Translations under genes and position numbers: made by a program
DNA from: Minisyncoccota bacterium
GTDB taxonomy: Bacteria; Patescibacteriota; Minisyncoccia; Phycocordibacterales; UBA9973
DNA length: 42,989 bases
Assembly: GCA_043718505.1 (NCBI GenBank)
Contig: JAYSVN010000037.1
Span: forward strand, 1 to 42,989
Reading direction: 5' to 3'
Shown: positions 18,843-29,638 of the stretch, in pieces
How the letters are laid out: each line of letters opens with the position of its first letter
How positions within the stretch are numbered: the stretch's first letter is position 1
The notes under the pieces: model-generated
What the model saw: only the letters and a program-made list of their open reading frames with translations
Databases searched by the model: none
Told to the model about the DNA's origin: nothing

Positions 18843-20240
18843 TTAAATACCAAGTTCTTTGAGCTGAGCTTTTGAAACTTCACTTGGTGCTTCCATCATG
18901 AGGTCCTTGCCTTCACCCGTTTTTGGAAAAGCAATGACTTCACGAATGTTTGGTTCATTTTGCAAAAGCATAACCAGGCGATCAAGTCCCCAGGCAATAC
19001 CGCCATGAGGTGGTGTTCCATGTCTGAATGCTGAAAGCATGTGGCCAAAATCTTTTTCAATTTTGTCGCCGTCGTGACCAAGTATTTGGAAAACGGTATG
19101 CAGCGCATCAGCTTCATGGTTTCTGATACTACCGCCGCCGATTTCAAAACCGTTGAGAATAATGTCGTACTGACTGGTAATTATGTTTCCAAGATCTTTT
19201 TTCTCAATCAATTTTTCCATATGCTCAGGCAGTGGACGAGAAAACGGATTGTGGGTATACGTCCACTCACCTATCCCATCCGGATTGTCGGATTTATCAG
19301 TGCGCTCGAAAAATGGGAAATCGATTATCCAACAGAAAGTCAGCAAATTCGAATCATCTTTATCTTCACGAATATCAGGTCGGTCATTGCCGTACTTTTC
19401 CATGGCATCCTTATATGAAATCCTCGGAAATGGAATTTCCTGAATTCGCTTCTCAGGATATAATTTTTCAACAATTTCAATCAGAAGTTTTTCGTTTATG
19501 GCCATAATGTCTTCGCGCTCAACGAAACTCATTTCGAGATCGAGTTGAGTAAATTCGGGCTGACGATCGCCGCGACTGTCTTCATCGCGCATGCATTTGG
19601 CAATTTGGAAGTAGCGCTCAATGCCACCGGTCATAAGAAGCTGTTTATATTGCTGAGGAGACTGCGGGAGAGCATAAAAAGTACCCGGCCATTTGCGTGA
19701 TGGCACAATAAAGTCACGTGCGCCCTCTGGTGTCGACTTAGTTAAAATCGGAGTTTCAACTTCAACAAAATATTCATTGCTGAGGAAATTACGAATGAGC
19801 TGAACAATTGATCCGCGAGCTCGAATGTTTTTTTGCAGGCGTTCATTGCGTAAATCAATGTAGCGGTGTTTGAGACGAACGTCTTCATTGATATTACGGG
19901 TATCGGTATGAATATCATATGGCATAGGGTCAGATGTATTCAAAATGTCGATATTTAAAATTTCAAGCTCAATGTCGCCATTTTGCTTATCAGCTTGTTT
20001 ATTTTTCTCGGGGCGTTCATTGACTTTGCCCTGCACGGCAACTACAAATTCTTCACGAACATTTTTGGCAGTTTCAATGGCGGCGCTATTTGGCAAAACT
20101 ACTCCCTGAACTTTACCGGACATATCGCGAAAATCGAAAAAGACCATTTTCCCCTGGTCACGTCGAACATCCACCCATCCTTTTATAGTTACCTCTTCGC
20201 CTTTCTTATCTCCAAGTTCAGTAATCATTGTGCGTCGCAT
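18843..20240 (-). CDS. aspS: Aspartate--tRNA ligase, bacterial type lacking the GAD insertion
   Basis: [47 protein letters not shown]; ATG 20240 is 7 nt after TGCTACTAT. Confidence 0.95.
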   Translation of the reverse strand: MRRTMITELGDKKGEEVTIKGWVDVRRDQGKMVFFDFRDMSGKVQGVVLPNSAAIETAKNVREEFVVAVQGKVNERPEKNKQADKQNGDIELEILNIDILNTSDPMPYDIHTDTRNINEDVRLKHRYIDLRNERLQKNIRARGSIVQLIRNFLSNEYFVEVETPILTKSTPEGARDFIVPSRKWPGTFYALPQSPQQYKQLLMTGGIERYFQIAKCMRDEDSRGDRQPEFTQLDLEMSFVEREDIMAINEKLLIEIVEKLYPEKRIQEIPFPRISYKDAMEKYGNDRPDIREDKDDSNLLTFCWIIDFPFFERTDKSDNPDGIGEWTYTHNPFSRPLPEHMEKLIEKKDLGNIITSQYDIILNGFEIGGGSIRNHEADALHTVFQILGHDGDKIEKDFGHMLSAFRHGTPPHGGIAWGLDRLVMLLQNEPNIREVIAFPKTGEGKDLMMEAPSEVSKAQLKELGI

Positions 20241-20321
20241 ATTGAAGATAGTAGCAAAAAACTGTTTATTTGGGAAATAAAAAAGACCTAAGTGTGCAAC
20301 ATAGGTCTTTAACAAAATATA

Positions 20322-20765
20322 TTATTCTCCTGACATTATACTTAAAAAATTCATAAAATTCTTCACCTGGCTTGTTGTACCATCTCCAACATGAATGTAT
20401 TTTGTTATTTTTGATTTGATATACACAGACGCAGATTTAGTTGTACGTAATTCATAGAGTACTTCAATTGGTTCCATTGGCCATTTTTCTCTATTGCGAG
20501 GTTTTTTATGATCGTACAATTCAATGACGCAACCAGTTTTAGTAAAGGTAGCTTTAAGTTCTAGTTCACTATCTATATAAGACTCTGCGTCACTTGTACT
20601 ATGAAATGATTCTTTAAAAAGGATTAGCGGCGGTAAAATCTTTTGACCACTATCTTTTTTTATTTTGCCTTGTTTTTTTAAAGCAAACAGTGAGTTTTGA
20701 GCTGAAATAAGCATTATTTCCAAGTCAGGGGTCTTGCCCCCATATATATTTTTATCTCTTAGCAT
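20322..20765 (-). CDS. Hypothetical protein
   Basis: 147-aa ORF filling an intergenic space, no motif. Confidence 0.55.
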   Translation of the reverse strand: MLRDKNIYGGKTPDLEIMLISAQNSLFALKKQGKIKKDSGQKILPPLILFKESFHSTSDAESYIDSELELKATFTKTGCVIELYDHKKPRNREKWPMEPIEVLYELRTTKSASVYIKSKITKYIHVGDGTTSQVKNFMNFLSIMSGE

Positions 20766-20808
20766 GCGTATAATATTTTTCTTTATTATACCTTTTGTTG
20801 TATTTTTG

Positions 20809-22629
20809 TCAACCAGCCAAAATCTGATTTTCTATCAACTTTTTATATTCTTTGTTTTTTAGAGAGAGCTCAGCATGAGTACCTGTACCGACAATTTTAC
20901 CATTGGCGACGACAAAAATAATGTCAGCGTCCATTATGGTTGATAGCCTGTGGGCAATAATTATTGTGGTTCTACCTTGTGATCCCCGATTGATGGCATC
21001 ATGAATAAGTTTTTCATTTATTGAATCAAGCGCGCTCGTAGCCTCATCGAAAATCAGAATTTTGGGATTTTTAATAAAAGCTCTGGCAATACCGATTCGC
21101 TGACGTTCACCGCCAGAAACTTTTATACCGCCTTCTCCGATAACAGTTTCAAGACCGTGCTTTTTTAACTTTGAAATAAATTCACCAAGAGATGCATCGT
21201 TAACTGCCTGTTTAAGGGCCTTTTCTGTAACTTTCCTGCCTTCAGGCAATCCAAAAAGAATGTTGTCGCGAATACTTCGGTCAAAGAGATCAATTCTTTG
21301 CTCGACATTGCCAATCTTTGAGCGTAGCCAGTTGAGATTCATTTCTTTAAGCGGAACTCCGTCAATTAGAATTTCGCCTTCGGTCGGATCGTAGTAACGA
21401 CGCATGAGATTAACAATTGTTGATTTACCTGAACCTGAAACGCCGACAAAACCAACTTTGGCACCTGCCGGAATTTTGAAGCTGACTTTTGTGACTGCAT
21501 GGTCTTCTTTTTCTTCTTTTTCTAGCTCATCGGGTTCTTCGTCAGATTGAGCAGAGCTACGGTATGGATACGCAAAACTGACACGCTTAAATTCAATCTC
21601 GCCCCCAAAAGGCTCAGCTTTTTTGCCATTATCATTCGGATCAATATCAGGAACAATGTCTAACAATTCATAGAATTTTTTGATCTCAACAATATTAAAT
21701 AGAAACTGTCTCTGGCTATTCATGATTGATGTCAGATTTCCAAAAACTGCTGTGGTCCAGGCAAAAAGAGTGACAAACATGCCGGTCGAATGCTGTCCAA
21801 TTAAAATTAAATACACTCCAAGCGCAAGACACACATATTGACCCAGAATAATTAGGGACTTGTGGTCGTAATAAGTTCGAACATAGGATAGCCAGGTTTT
21901 TCGATAGAAATCCAGGACTTCATGCCCGGACTTCTCGTAATTATCACCGGTCGCAGCTTCCTGACCTTCCGAAATTACCAAAGTTGCATTTCTATATAAT
22001 TCTGACTGAAGTTTTGATTGTACTTGTCGTTTTTTTCGTAATTCGTCAATCTTCGGGAAATATTTTTTATTTCGGTAATACGATACCCAAATATACACAG
22101 TGACAAAAACCAATGCAATTGAGCCAATTCGCCAGTCAAAAATTGTCAAAAGAACAACTGCCGCCAATGCCTGTAAGCCATTTGGCAGAACCACATAGAG
22201 CATCGTGTACATAATTTGGGAAAGCGCATTTTGTCCTTTGTTAACAATGGACTGTTTTACCCCGGAGTGTTCATTGATGTGCTGACCGATTGAGTATTCA
22301 AAAATTCTCCGCAAAGATTTTACGGAAAAAGCCTGCTCAATATTATCGTCTAATTTACTGATTTCAATATTTTCCCTAATCCAGGACAATAGCCAGGACT
22401 GGAGAACGGTCAGAAAGAGCGCTCCGCCCAGTAAAGAAAAGGTCAGTCTCACGTTACCCGTTGTCACAGCATCAACGCTTCGTCCGAATAAATAAGGTGA
22501 GAGTAAGCCGATAACTTGTCCAACAAGCATAAGAGCAATAACAATCGAGAAATATTTCCAGAAGGGACGGAAGAAAAGGAGCGTGCGTTTGAAAAAACTT
22601 TTTTGCACTATGTTTTTTGTCTCGTACAT
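20809..22629 (-). CDS. ABC exporter, fused permease/ATPase (MdlA/MsbA-like)
   Basis: N-terminal TM domain; GVSGSGKST, VSGGERQR, DEATSALD, AHRLST. Confidence 0.92.
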   Translation of the reverse strand: MYETKNIVQKSFFKRTLLFFRPFWKYFSIVIALMLVGQVIGLLSPYLFGRSVDAVTTGNVRLTFSLLGGALFLTVLQSWLLSWIRENIEISKLDDNIEQAFSVKSLRRIFEYSIGQHINEHSGVKQSIVNKGQNALSQIMYTMLYVVLPNGLQALAAVVLLTIFDWRIGSIALVFVTVYIWVSYYRNKKYFPKIDELRKKRQVQSKLQSELYRNATLVISEGQEAATGDNYEKSGHEVLDFYRKTWLSYVRTYYDHKSLIILGQYVCLALGVYLILIGQHSTGMFVTLFAWTTAVFGNLTSIMNSQRQFLFNIVEIKKFYELLDIVPDIDPNDNGKKAEPFGGEIEFKRVSFAYPYRSSAQSDEEPDELEKEEKEDHAVTKVSFKIPAGAKVGFVGVSGSGKSTIVNLMRRYYDPTEGEILIDGVPLKEMNLNWLRSKIGNVEQRIDLFDRSIRDNILFGLPEGRKVTEKALKQAVNDASLGEFISKLKKHGLETVIGEGGIKVSGGERQRIGIARAFIKNPKILIFDEATSALDSINEKLIHDAINRGSQGRTTIIIAHRLSTIMDADIIFVVANGKIVGTGTHAELSLKNKEYKKLIENQILAG

Positions 22630-22674
22630 AAATACTTGTCTATAATACTATGTAATTGCGATTTACAATATAAT

Positions 22675-22700
22675 AAAAAAGCCCGGAAATTGATCCGGGC
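22675..22700 (-). terminator. Rho-independent terminator
   Basis: GCCCGGA-N6-TCCGGGC followed by T6 on the minus strand. Confidence 0.75.
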
Positions 22701-22740
22701 CCTGTAATTTATTTCTAAACCTATTTTAAGAACATATTCA

Positions 22741-24534
22741 CTAGAACGCAACAACTTGATTCTTAATTAACTTCTGATATTCTGCGCAGCGTTCCTGTAA
22801 TTGCGCATGGGTACCGACATCATCTATCGTCCCTTTCTTCATAACGATAATGCGATCAGCGTCAACAACAGTCGATAGACGGTGAGCAATGATAATAGTT
22901 GTTCTGCCTACGGACATTTTTTTCATAGCATCATGAACAATTTTCTCATTGTGAGCATCAAGCGCAGAGGTAGCTTCGTCAAAAATCAGAATTTTCGGAT
23001 CTTTTATCAAGGCTCTTGCAATCGCAATCCTTTGAGATTCACCGCCAGAAAGTTTAATTCCTTTTTCGCCAACCATCGTGTCATAGCCATCTGAAAGATT
23101 TTCAATAAAGCCATCGATTGAAGCCATGGTCGTAACTTTCTTAAGTTCATCATCAGTGACGCGATGTGCATCTCCGTTGAGCCCAAAAAGAATATTCTCT
23201 CTAATGGTAAGATCAAGAACGGAAACATTTTGTTCAACATTTCCTAAATTTCTCCGATACCAGCTAAGATCAAGGTCCTTGAGCGGAACATCATCGATAA
23301 GAATTTGTCCTTGTTTCGGATCAAATGATCTGCGCAGCAAATTAACAAGAGTTGATTTTCCCGCACCTGATTCACCAACAATGCCAATTTTCTCATGGGG
23401 CATAATAGTGAATTGAATTTGCTTTATTGAATCTCTGTCAGTATCAGCATTTTCAGCTGAATCCTCTTTCGATCCATTTTTTGCCTTGTCGTTTCTTTTA
23501 GGATAAGAATGGGAGACATTTCTAAATTCAATTTTACCCTTAAAGTTAGTGATTTTTCTAGCCTTGGGCGAAATAGGTACATCAGTTTTAATCTCAAGCA
23601 TTTCCAGATATTTTCTGACTCTGCCGAATAAAACCATAAATCTTCTCTGTTTTTGAGTGATCATTTCAATATTACCCACCGACTGCTGAATCCAGCTGAC
23701 GAAAGCCACGAACATTCCTTTGGAAAATTGACCGTTGAAGATGAGGTAGACAGCAATCGCTATCCCCCCATAACGGGCAACACCGATAATAATTCTTAAC
23801 AATCCAGACTGTGTCACATACGGAATCCAAATATTCTTAGCCATGGTATTCGTAATCACTTGTGATTCTTTCACCATTTCAGCAGCTTTATGTTCTTGCG
23901 CTTCAAGAATAATAAAGTCAATGTTGCGGTGGACTTCAGCCTGCATTTTAGATTGCTTTTTGTCTTCTTCCAGCCAATCCATGATTCTGCTACGGTATCC
24001 TAAATTTCTACGAACAGTTAGGTAGGCATACAGGGCAATGAGGCCAATGACCCAAATCCCAATTAATGGAGAAATGACTGTGATCAAAGCAATTGTTATA
24101 ATCGTTTGAACCAGAATAGGTGTGATCTCAAATAAGGATTCACTTACAATCTGATCAATTGCATTTTGACCTTGCGTCATTGTGTACTGCTTTACTCCTG
24201 AATGTTGGCTGCGGTGCTGTCCAACAGATAATCCCAGTAATGTTTGCAATGAGAAATTGTTAAGAAAAACATCTGTATCAAATGTAATGTTTTTTGTCTC
24301 ATAGCGATTACGAATAATTGTTAGCACGCACTGGATGAGAAACCAGACCCCAAAAGACATTCCAATGTAGCCAAAGGCGCTTTTGAGATTTGGTGCATCA
24401 ATTATGCAAGCTAATAGATACGGTGCCAAAAGTGACAGTCCTTGCATAGCAAAAATCAGCACTAATACTACTTTGTAGTACTTCCAAAATGGTTTAAGAA
24501 ACTTGAATAGTTTCAGAGTTATTTTTTCTTTCAT
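22741..24534 (-). CDS. ABC exporter, fused permease/ATPase (paralog of neighbour)
   Basis: TM domain; GESGAGKST, LSGGESQR, DEATSALD, AHRLST. Confidence 0.92.
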   Translation of the reverse strand: MKEKITLKLFKFLKPFWKYYKVVLVLIFAMQGLSLLAPYLLACIIDAPNLKSAFGYIGMSFGVWFLIQCVLTIIRNRYETKNITFDTDVFLNNFSLQTLLGLSVGQHRSQHSGVKQYTMTQGQNAIDQIVSESLFEITPILVQTIITIALITVISPLIGIWVIGLIALYAYLTVRRNLGYRSRIMDWLEEDKKQSKMQAEVHRNIDFIILEAQEHKAAEMVKESQVITNTMAKNIWIPYVTQSGLLRIIIGVARYGGIAIAVYLIFNGQFSKGMFVAFVSWIQQSVGNIEMITQKQRRFMVLFGRVRKYLEMLEIKTDVPISPKARKITNFKGKIEFRNVSHSYPKRNDKAKNGSKEDSAENADTDRDSIKQIQFTIMPHEKIGIVGESGAGKSTLVNLLRRSFDPKQGQILIDDVPLKDLDLSWYRRNLGNVEQNVSVLDLTIRENILFGLNGDAHRVTDDELKKVTTMASIDGFIENLSDGYDTMVGEKGIKLSGGESQRIAIARALIKDPKILIFDEATSALDAHNEKIVHDAMKKMSVGRTTIIIAHRLSTVVDADRIIVMKKGTIDDVGTHAQLQERCAEYQKLIKNQVVAF

Positions 24535-24554
24535 TGTGAATGAGTTTTGCTTAA

Positions 24555-24582
24555 ATTATATCATTTTATTGACAAAAGTCAA
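24555..24582 (-). promoter_or_regulatory. Sigma70-type promoter of ABC exporter
   Basis: TTGACT-N16-TATAAT with extended TGn. Confidence 0.6.
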
Positions 24583-24608
24583 ATATCAATTTTTTCTCAA
24601 TCAATATC

Positions 24609-24637
24609 AAAATACCCCTTAATTTAAGGGGTATTTT
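24609..24637 (-). terminator. Terminator after rplU
   Basis: AAAATACCCCTTA-N3-TAAGGGGTATTTT. Confidence 0.75.
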
Positions 24638-24652
24638 AGAGTTTCTTAGGGT

Positions 24653-25045
24653 TTATTTGATCGCTGTAACTGTAAGCTTAGCAAAAGGCTGTCGGTGGCC
24701 ATTTTGTTTGAGATAGCGGGCTTTGGCCTTGTATTTAACAACACGGACCTTCTGAGCGCGGCCGTTTTCTTTGAATTCAGCATGTACTGCAGCACCAGTG
24801 ATATAAGGGGTACCGATTGTGCAACCGTCAGCATTTTCTACCAGAAGGACTTTGTCAAAAATCACAGTATCTCCTGCTTTGTGATCCCCTGCTAGTTTTT
24901 CAACCATAAGAGTATCGCCAGCCTGGACACGGTATTGTTTGCCACCAGTCATAATAACAGCAAATTCGCCGTTATCTTCGGTCTTTTTTGTGATTTTTTT
25001 TGCTGCCTTTTTGGGAGCTGTTTTCTTAACTGCCTTTTCTGCCAT
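24653..25045 (-). CDS. rplU: 50S ribosomal protein L21 with Lys/Ala-rich N-terminal extension
   Basis: FAVIMTGGKQYRV, IGTPY, GHRQPF. Confidence 0.95.
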   Translation of the reverse strand: MAEKAVKKTAPKKAAKKITKKTEDNGEFAVIMTGGKQYRVQAGDTLMVEKLAGDHKAGDTVIFDKVLLVENADGCTIGTPYITGAAVHAEFKENGRAQKVRVVKYKAKARYLKQNGHRQPFAKLTVTAIK

Positions 25046-25152
25046 AATGTTGCTATTCTAAAGGTTTTTTGGAAAAAAGCAAGAGCGACTAAAAGCCTGC
25101 TGTTTATTCCTTTCCACTATCCGCGCAAGCATTTTCACTATATAATTGCAGC

Positions 25153-26067
25153 ATGGTTTCAAAGTACAAGCACAAAAATCTCGTCTGGATCGATGTTGAG
25201 GGCCCGACCCGTGACGAGGTCATGCACCTTATGGAGGAATATACTCTGCCTGAGCTTGTCGGTGAGGAATTACTTGAAAAAAGTGTTCGCGGCAAAGTTG
25301 ATCTGTATCCCCACTTCATATACATGGTTCTGCATTTCCCAGTTCTCGGTCGTTCACGTGATGGTGGCAGGTATGAGCAGGAAATTGACTTTATTATCGG
25401 TAAAGATTTTCTGATTACCGTTCACTATGAACCGATCGATCCATTGCATGAATTTTCGCGTGTTTTTGAAATCAAATCTATTCTCGACAAAAGACCGATG
25501 GGCGAACACGCCGGTTTTCTCATTTTCTACATTATGCGTGAGCTCTATAAGTATGCGGAGTCGGAGCTTTTGGAAATTGAAGATGATCTAAGAGTCATTG
25601 AAGAAGATATTTTTGAGGATAAAGAAGAAAAAATGGTGCGTGTTATTTCAAATGTTAATCGTAAGTTGCTCGACTTCAAACAGGCAATACGATTTCATGA
25701 ACATGTTCTTGTTTCTTTGGAGTCAGCCGGTGTTCATTTGTACGGTGATAAGTTTAAACACTATCTTGAATCTATTACCGGAGAATATCGCCGTGTCGAA
25801 AGCATTCTGTCGAGCCACAAAGAAATTCTTGATGATCTCAAAACAACAAATGACGCTCTCCTCACTGCCAAGACAAATGAAACAATTAAGGTTCTTACTA
25901 TTATTTCATTTATCATGCTGCCGCTGACGCTTATTACCGGAGTATTCGGCATGAATAGTACTTTTGTTTTTATTAATACGTATAGAGACTTTATGGTCGT
26001 ACTCAGCGCTATGATTCTCACCGGCGTCGTCCTTATCACTTACTTTAAGCGCAAAAAATGGCTCTAG
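25153..26067 (+). CDS. corA: CorA-family Mg2+/Co2+ transporter
   Basis: C-terminal PLTLITGVFGMN and two TM helices. Confidence 0.92.
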   Translation: MVSKYKHKNLVWIDVEGPTRDEVMHLMEEYTLPELVGEELLEKSVRGKVDLYPHFIYMVLHFPVLGRSRDGGRYEQEIDFIIGKDFLITVHYEPIDPLHEFSRVFEIKSILDKRPMGEHAGFLIFYIMRELYKYAESELLEIEDDLRVIEEDIFEDKEEKMVRVISNVNRKLLDFKQAIRFHEHVLVSLESAGVHLYGDKFKHYLESITGEYRRVESILSSHKEILDDLKTTNDALLTAKTNETIKVLTIISFIMLPLTLITGVFGMNSTFVFINTYRDFMVVLSAMILTGVVLITYFKRKKWL

Positions 26068-27515
26068 CCTTTTATAATACTCTCACTAAAAAAATAGAAG
26101 TTTTCAAACCTATCGAAGCAGCTCATGCCCGAATTTATCATTGCGGTCCGACTGTTTATAATTACGCCCATATCGGTAATTTGCGATCATATGTATTTGC
26201 TGATACCTTGCGACGTGCGCTTGAACTTTCAGGCTTTGCAGTTAAACAAGTAATTAATATTACTGATATCGGTCATTTGGCGAGCGACGCTGATGATGGC
26301 GATGACAAAATGGTAAAAGCTTTGCAGCGTGAAGGTAAACCAATGACACTGGAGGCCATGCGTGAAGTAGCAAATTTTTACAAAGATGCATATGTTGCTG
26401 ATCTTAAAACTCTGCGCATTATGCTGCCGCAAGAAATGCCTTTTGCCAGTGACAACATTCCTGAGGATATTGAAATTATTGAGCGACTAGAGAAAAAGGG
26501 TTACGCCTATGTAACTAGTGATGGCATTTATTTTGATACGAAGAAAATGAAAGACTACGGCAAATTAACTGGACTTACGAAAGAGAAAGGAGAAGCAGCC
26601 GCAGAAAATACTAGTGCGCTGGAATCCCGCATTGGTGAAAATTCAGAGAAACATTCTCCGCGTGATTTTGCGCTTTGGAAATTTTCAAAAAAACACGACG
26701 GAGAAAATAATACTGAGAAAAACAGCGGCATCGGTTTTGAGTCACCATGGGGCGTCGGCTTCCCTGGTTGGCACATAGAGTGTTCGGCCATGTCGCGCAA
26801 ATTTTTGGGTCAGCCTTTTGATATTCATACCGGCGGTATCGATCACATTCCTATTCACCATACCAATGAAATTGCTCAGTCAGAATGCGCATACGGAGAA
26901 CCATTGGCTAATGTTTGGCTGCATAACGGCTTTCTCAATATAGACGGCGAAAAAGTTTCAAAGTCTTTGGGTAATGATATTTATCTTGCTGACGTAGTCA
27001 AAATTGCCCGGGCTGAAAGTTATCGCCTATGGCTTTTGATGGCTCATTACCGCTCGCCTATTAATTTTACCTATGATGCATTACGCGCCGCTGACACTGC
27101 TCTCACGACTTTGTATGAAGCGTTTATTGCTTTACCGAAGGCTGAAGTTGATCCTGACCCTACATATAAAACTTCTTTTATTGAAGCAGTTGAAAATGAT
27201 CTCGATACATCGAAGGCTGTTGCTACTCTTTTTGCAGTTTTCAAAGACGAAGAACTTGATCCCGGCATAAAGCGAACAACTATTTTGTTTTTCGACAGAA
27301 TACTTGGTTTAGGATTTTCTGAACTACCAGTCATTGAAGTACCTTCACATGTAAAATTACTGACACTTGAGCGTGATAAAGCTCGTATTGATAAGGATTT
27401 TGCCAAGGCTGATGAATTGAGAAAAGAAATAGAAAAAGAAGGCTTCACAGTCCGCGACAGTAAAGAAGGTTCACAAGTTGTGCCGGCCAGATTGTCGCCA
27501 GAGCCGGTGAAATAA
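26058..27515 (+). CDS. cysS: Cysteine--tRNA ligase
   Basis: CGPTVY..AHIGN, PGWHIECSAM, DIHTGGIDH..HH.NE, KVSKS. Confidence 0.96.
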   Translation: MALAFYNTLTKKIEVFKPIEAAHARIYHCGPTVYNYAHIGNLRSYVFADTLRRALELSGFAVKQVINITDIGHLASDADDGDDKMVKALQREGKPMTLEAMREVANFYKDAYVADLKTLRIMLPQEMPFASDNIPEDIEIIERLEKKGYAYVTSDGIYFDTKKMKDYGKLTGLTKEKGEAAAENTSALESRIGENSEKHSPRDFALWKFSKKHDGENNTEKNSGIGFESPWGVGFPGWHIECSAMSRKFLGQPFDIHTGGIDHIPIHHTNEIAQSECAYGEPLANVWLHNGFLNIDGEKVSKSLGNDIYLADVVKIARAESYRLWLLMAHYRSPINFTYDALRAADTALTTLYEAFIALPKAEVDPDPTYKTSFIEAVENDLDTSKAVATLFAVFKDEELDPGIKRTTILFFDRILGLGFSELPVIEVPSHVKLLTLERDKARIDKDFAKADELRKEIEKEGFTVRDSKEGSQVVPARLSPEPVK

Positions 27516-27523
27516 TTAGATAG

Positions 27524-28636
27524 TTATGGATAACTTCTCTGGTTTTTAAGTCTGGGATATATAATGACATCTTTTATATTTTTATAACCAAGTGCCCAAG
27601 TAACAAAACGTTCGATCCCTAGGCCAAAGCCACTTGTATTTTTATATCCTGTTATTTTTCTAAGATTTATATACCAATCGTATGACTCTGATTTAATATT
27701 TTGCCTTTTAAGTGATATAAGCATCTCGCTAACATTATCCTGTCTTTGCCCTGCTCCCAATACTTCCCCGCCAAATGATCCCTCTACTATTGGTGGTACA
27801 ATCAAATCAGCATTTATTACCCTATTTTTTTTCAACGGGTCTGGCTTCTGATAAAACGGTGACATATCCCTTTCAAAACCTGTGATCCAAAATGGAACTT
27901 TTTGATTTAGTAAATGAGCAAGGATTATTTCACCATCTGGATCAATACAACGTCCAATTTTGTCTTTTCTAATATTTTTATTAAATCCATTTTTCTCTAA
28001 TATTTCAATTGCTTCATCAAAAGTTATTTGTAAAAATTTCTTTTGTATAATTGTTTCTTGTAAGATTTTTTTGGTTAATACCGGGGACACAGAAATTTTT
28101 TCTATAATATTATTCATCAGAATTAGACTTTTGCAGATAGTTTTAAAATATTGTTCCGCTATTTCTATTACATTCTCAAGTGTTCCTACCATTTCAAATT
28201 CACAGTGAAAAAATTGATTAAGGTGTCTGCTGTCAGGATTTTCACCTCTTAGAGAAGGCATGTAGCAAAAAACTTTTTCAAAATTTTTTACCAATAAGGG
28301 TTCAAAGCCGAATTGAGCAGAATCAGTTAAGAATGCATTGTACCTTCCGAATTTAACAGGGAGTGCTGTTGAGTTTGAGCCATGTCCCAGCGGTGAAGAA
28401 ATACTCTGTGTAATCATGAAGAGATCAATGTCAGTTGCGTTGCATACATCACTAAAATAGTAGTTTGAAGTAACTTTTATATAATGTCTTAGTACAAGAA
28501 GTGCTTTGTAATATGGATTTACAGAAATATCATAATAGTGAAGGGGCTCCGTCTCGTTCGGTCTCAAAATACCTTCAATTTTCTGAAATATTTTATCTGC
28601 AGCATTGATCTCTATAGTGATATGTTCGTTAATCAT
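27524..28636 (-). CDS. Class IIb (AsnRS-like) synthetase catalytic-domain-only paralog
   Basis: LTDSAQ, motif 2 SLRGE..DSRHLNQF, GEVLGAGQR, YDWY, motif 3 SGFGLGIERF..YPR; no OB-fold anticodon-binding domain. Confidence 0.85.
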   Translation of the reverse strand: MINEHITIEINAADKIFQKIEGILRPNETEPLHYYDISVNPYYKALLVLRHYIKVTSNYYFSDVCNATDIDLFMITQSISSPLGHGSNSTALPVKFGRYNAFLTDSAQFGFEPLLVKNFEKVFCYMPSLRGENPDSRHLNQFFHCEFEMVGTLENVIEIAEQYFKTICKSLILMNNIIEKISVSPVLTKKILQETIIQKKFLQITFDEAIEILEKNGFNKNIRKDKIGRCIDPDGEIILAHLLNQKVPFWITGFERDMSPFYQKPDPLKKNRVINADLIVPPIVEGSFGGEVLGAGQRQDNVSEMLISLKRQNIKSESYDWYINLRKITGYKNTSGFGLGIERFVTWALGYKNIKDVIIYPRLKNQRSYP

Positions 28637-28638
28637 GC

Positions 28639-29622
28639 TTAGTGCTCTATAACTTTAATTTGAATTTTATCTACAGTAGGTGCGATTATGCTTATAGTTC
28701 CCCCAATTGGTAAAGTACCAAGTGGCATTGTGTGGCCAAAATTAAGATTAGCCATGATAGGGATACCGGATAATTCTTTTTTTGATTGAATAATCTTTTC
28801 AAGTAAATCCTTGGTCATTTTTGTCTTTTTCTGGAATCTTCCAATTAAAATTCCCTTCACTCCATTAAAATCAGGCTGATGGATAAACGACTGTAAAATT
28901 CTGTCAAATCTTTCAGGGTTAATCTCCTCATCTTCCTCGATAAGCAATATTGAGTCTTTTAATGATGGCCAGTATTGAGTACCCTGCAAAGCAGCAAGAC
29001 ATCTCGCATGACTTCCAACTGTTCTACCTATAGCCTCGCCTGGGTTTATAACCCAGTAACCCTCATTTGTAAGAAATTCCCTATTCTCTTGATCTAGGTA
29101 CCACGCATCGTCACTCCATGTTTCAGAAGGTTTAAAATCATATGGTTCATCTGTCATACAACATTTAGTAAAATATTCAACAGAATAATCAAAACCTTTT
29201 TTGATTGCCCAACTTGAAAAATGCGGGCCAGTATAAGTAACCATGCTGGTTTTAGCAGTTATCGCATTTGCAATTGCTGTTATATCTGAAAACCCGCAGA
29301 GAATTTTCGGGTATTTTTTTATTAGTTCATAATCCACATAATCGAGTAGTTGATTTGAATTATATCCGCCAATAACAGTTAGCACCGCGTCTACCGTAGG
29401 GTCAGAGAAAGCTTCGTGTAGATCTTCAACCCTAGATTTAATCGGGGAAGAATTAAATTCATCTATTTCATTTACATTCTTTCCAAAACTTAATTTGAAC
29501 CCGAACTTTTGTAAACTATCTATAGCCGCATCTATTGACTCTTTTGATAATATCGACATGCTTCTTGAAAGTGATATTACGCGGATATGTGAATTTTTAT
29601 TTATTTTTTTAGGTATGATCAT
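28639..29622 (-). CDS. S66 serine peptidase, MccF/LD-carboxypeptidase family
   Basis: IGGYNSNQLL, GFSDIT (Ser), LIEEDEE (Glu), FGHT (His); Trp-rich loop WSDDAWY. Confidence 0.9.
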   Translation of the reverse strand: MIIPKKINKNSHIRVISLSRSMSILSKESIDAAIDSLQKFGFKLSFGKNVNEIDEFNSSPIKSRVEDLHEAFSDPTVDAVLTVIGGYNSNQLLDYVDYELIKKYPKILCGFSDITAIANAITAKTSMVTYTGPHFSSWAIKKGFDYSVEYFTKCCMTDEPYDFKPSETWSDDAWYLDQENREFLTNEGYWVINPGEAIGRTVGSHARCLAALQGTQYWPSLKDSILLIEEDEEINPERFDRILQSFIHQPDFNGVKGILIGRFQKKTKMTKDLLEKIIQSKKELSGIPIMANLNFGHTMPLGTLPIGGTISIIAPTVDKIQIKVIEH

Positions 29623-29638
29623 AGGTTATTTTAACTAA

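Noticed and set aside
28639-29622. Canonical microcin C (mccABCDEF) operon
   Set aside because: No MccB/ThiF-like adenylyltransferase or MccA-like precursor peptide recognised in the window
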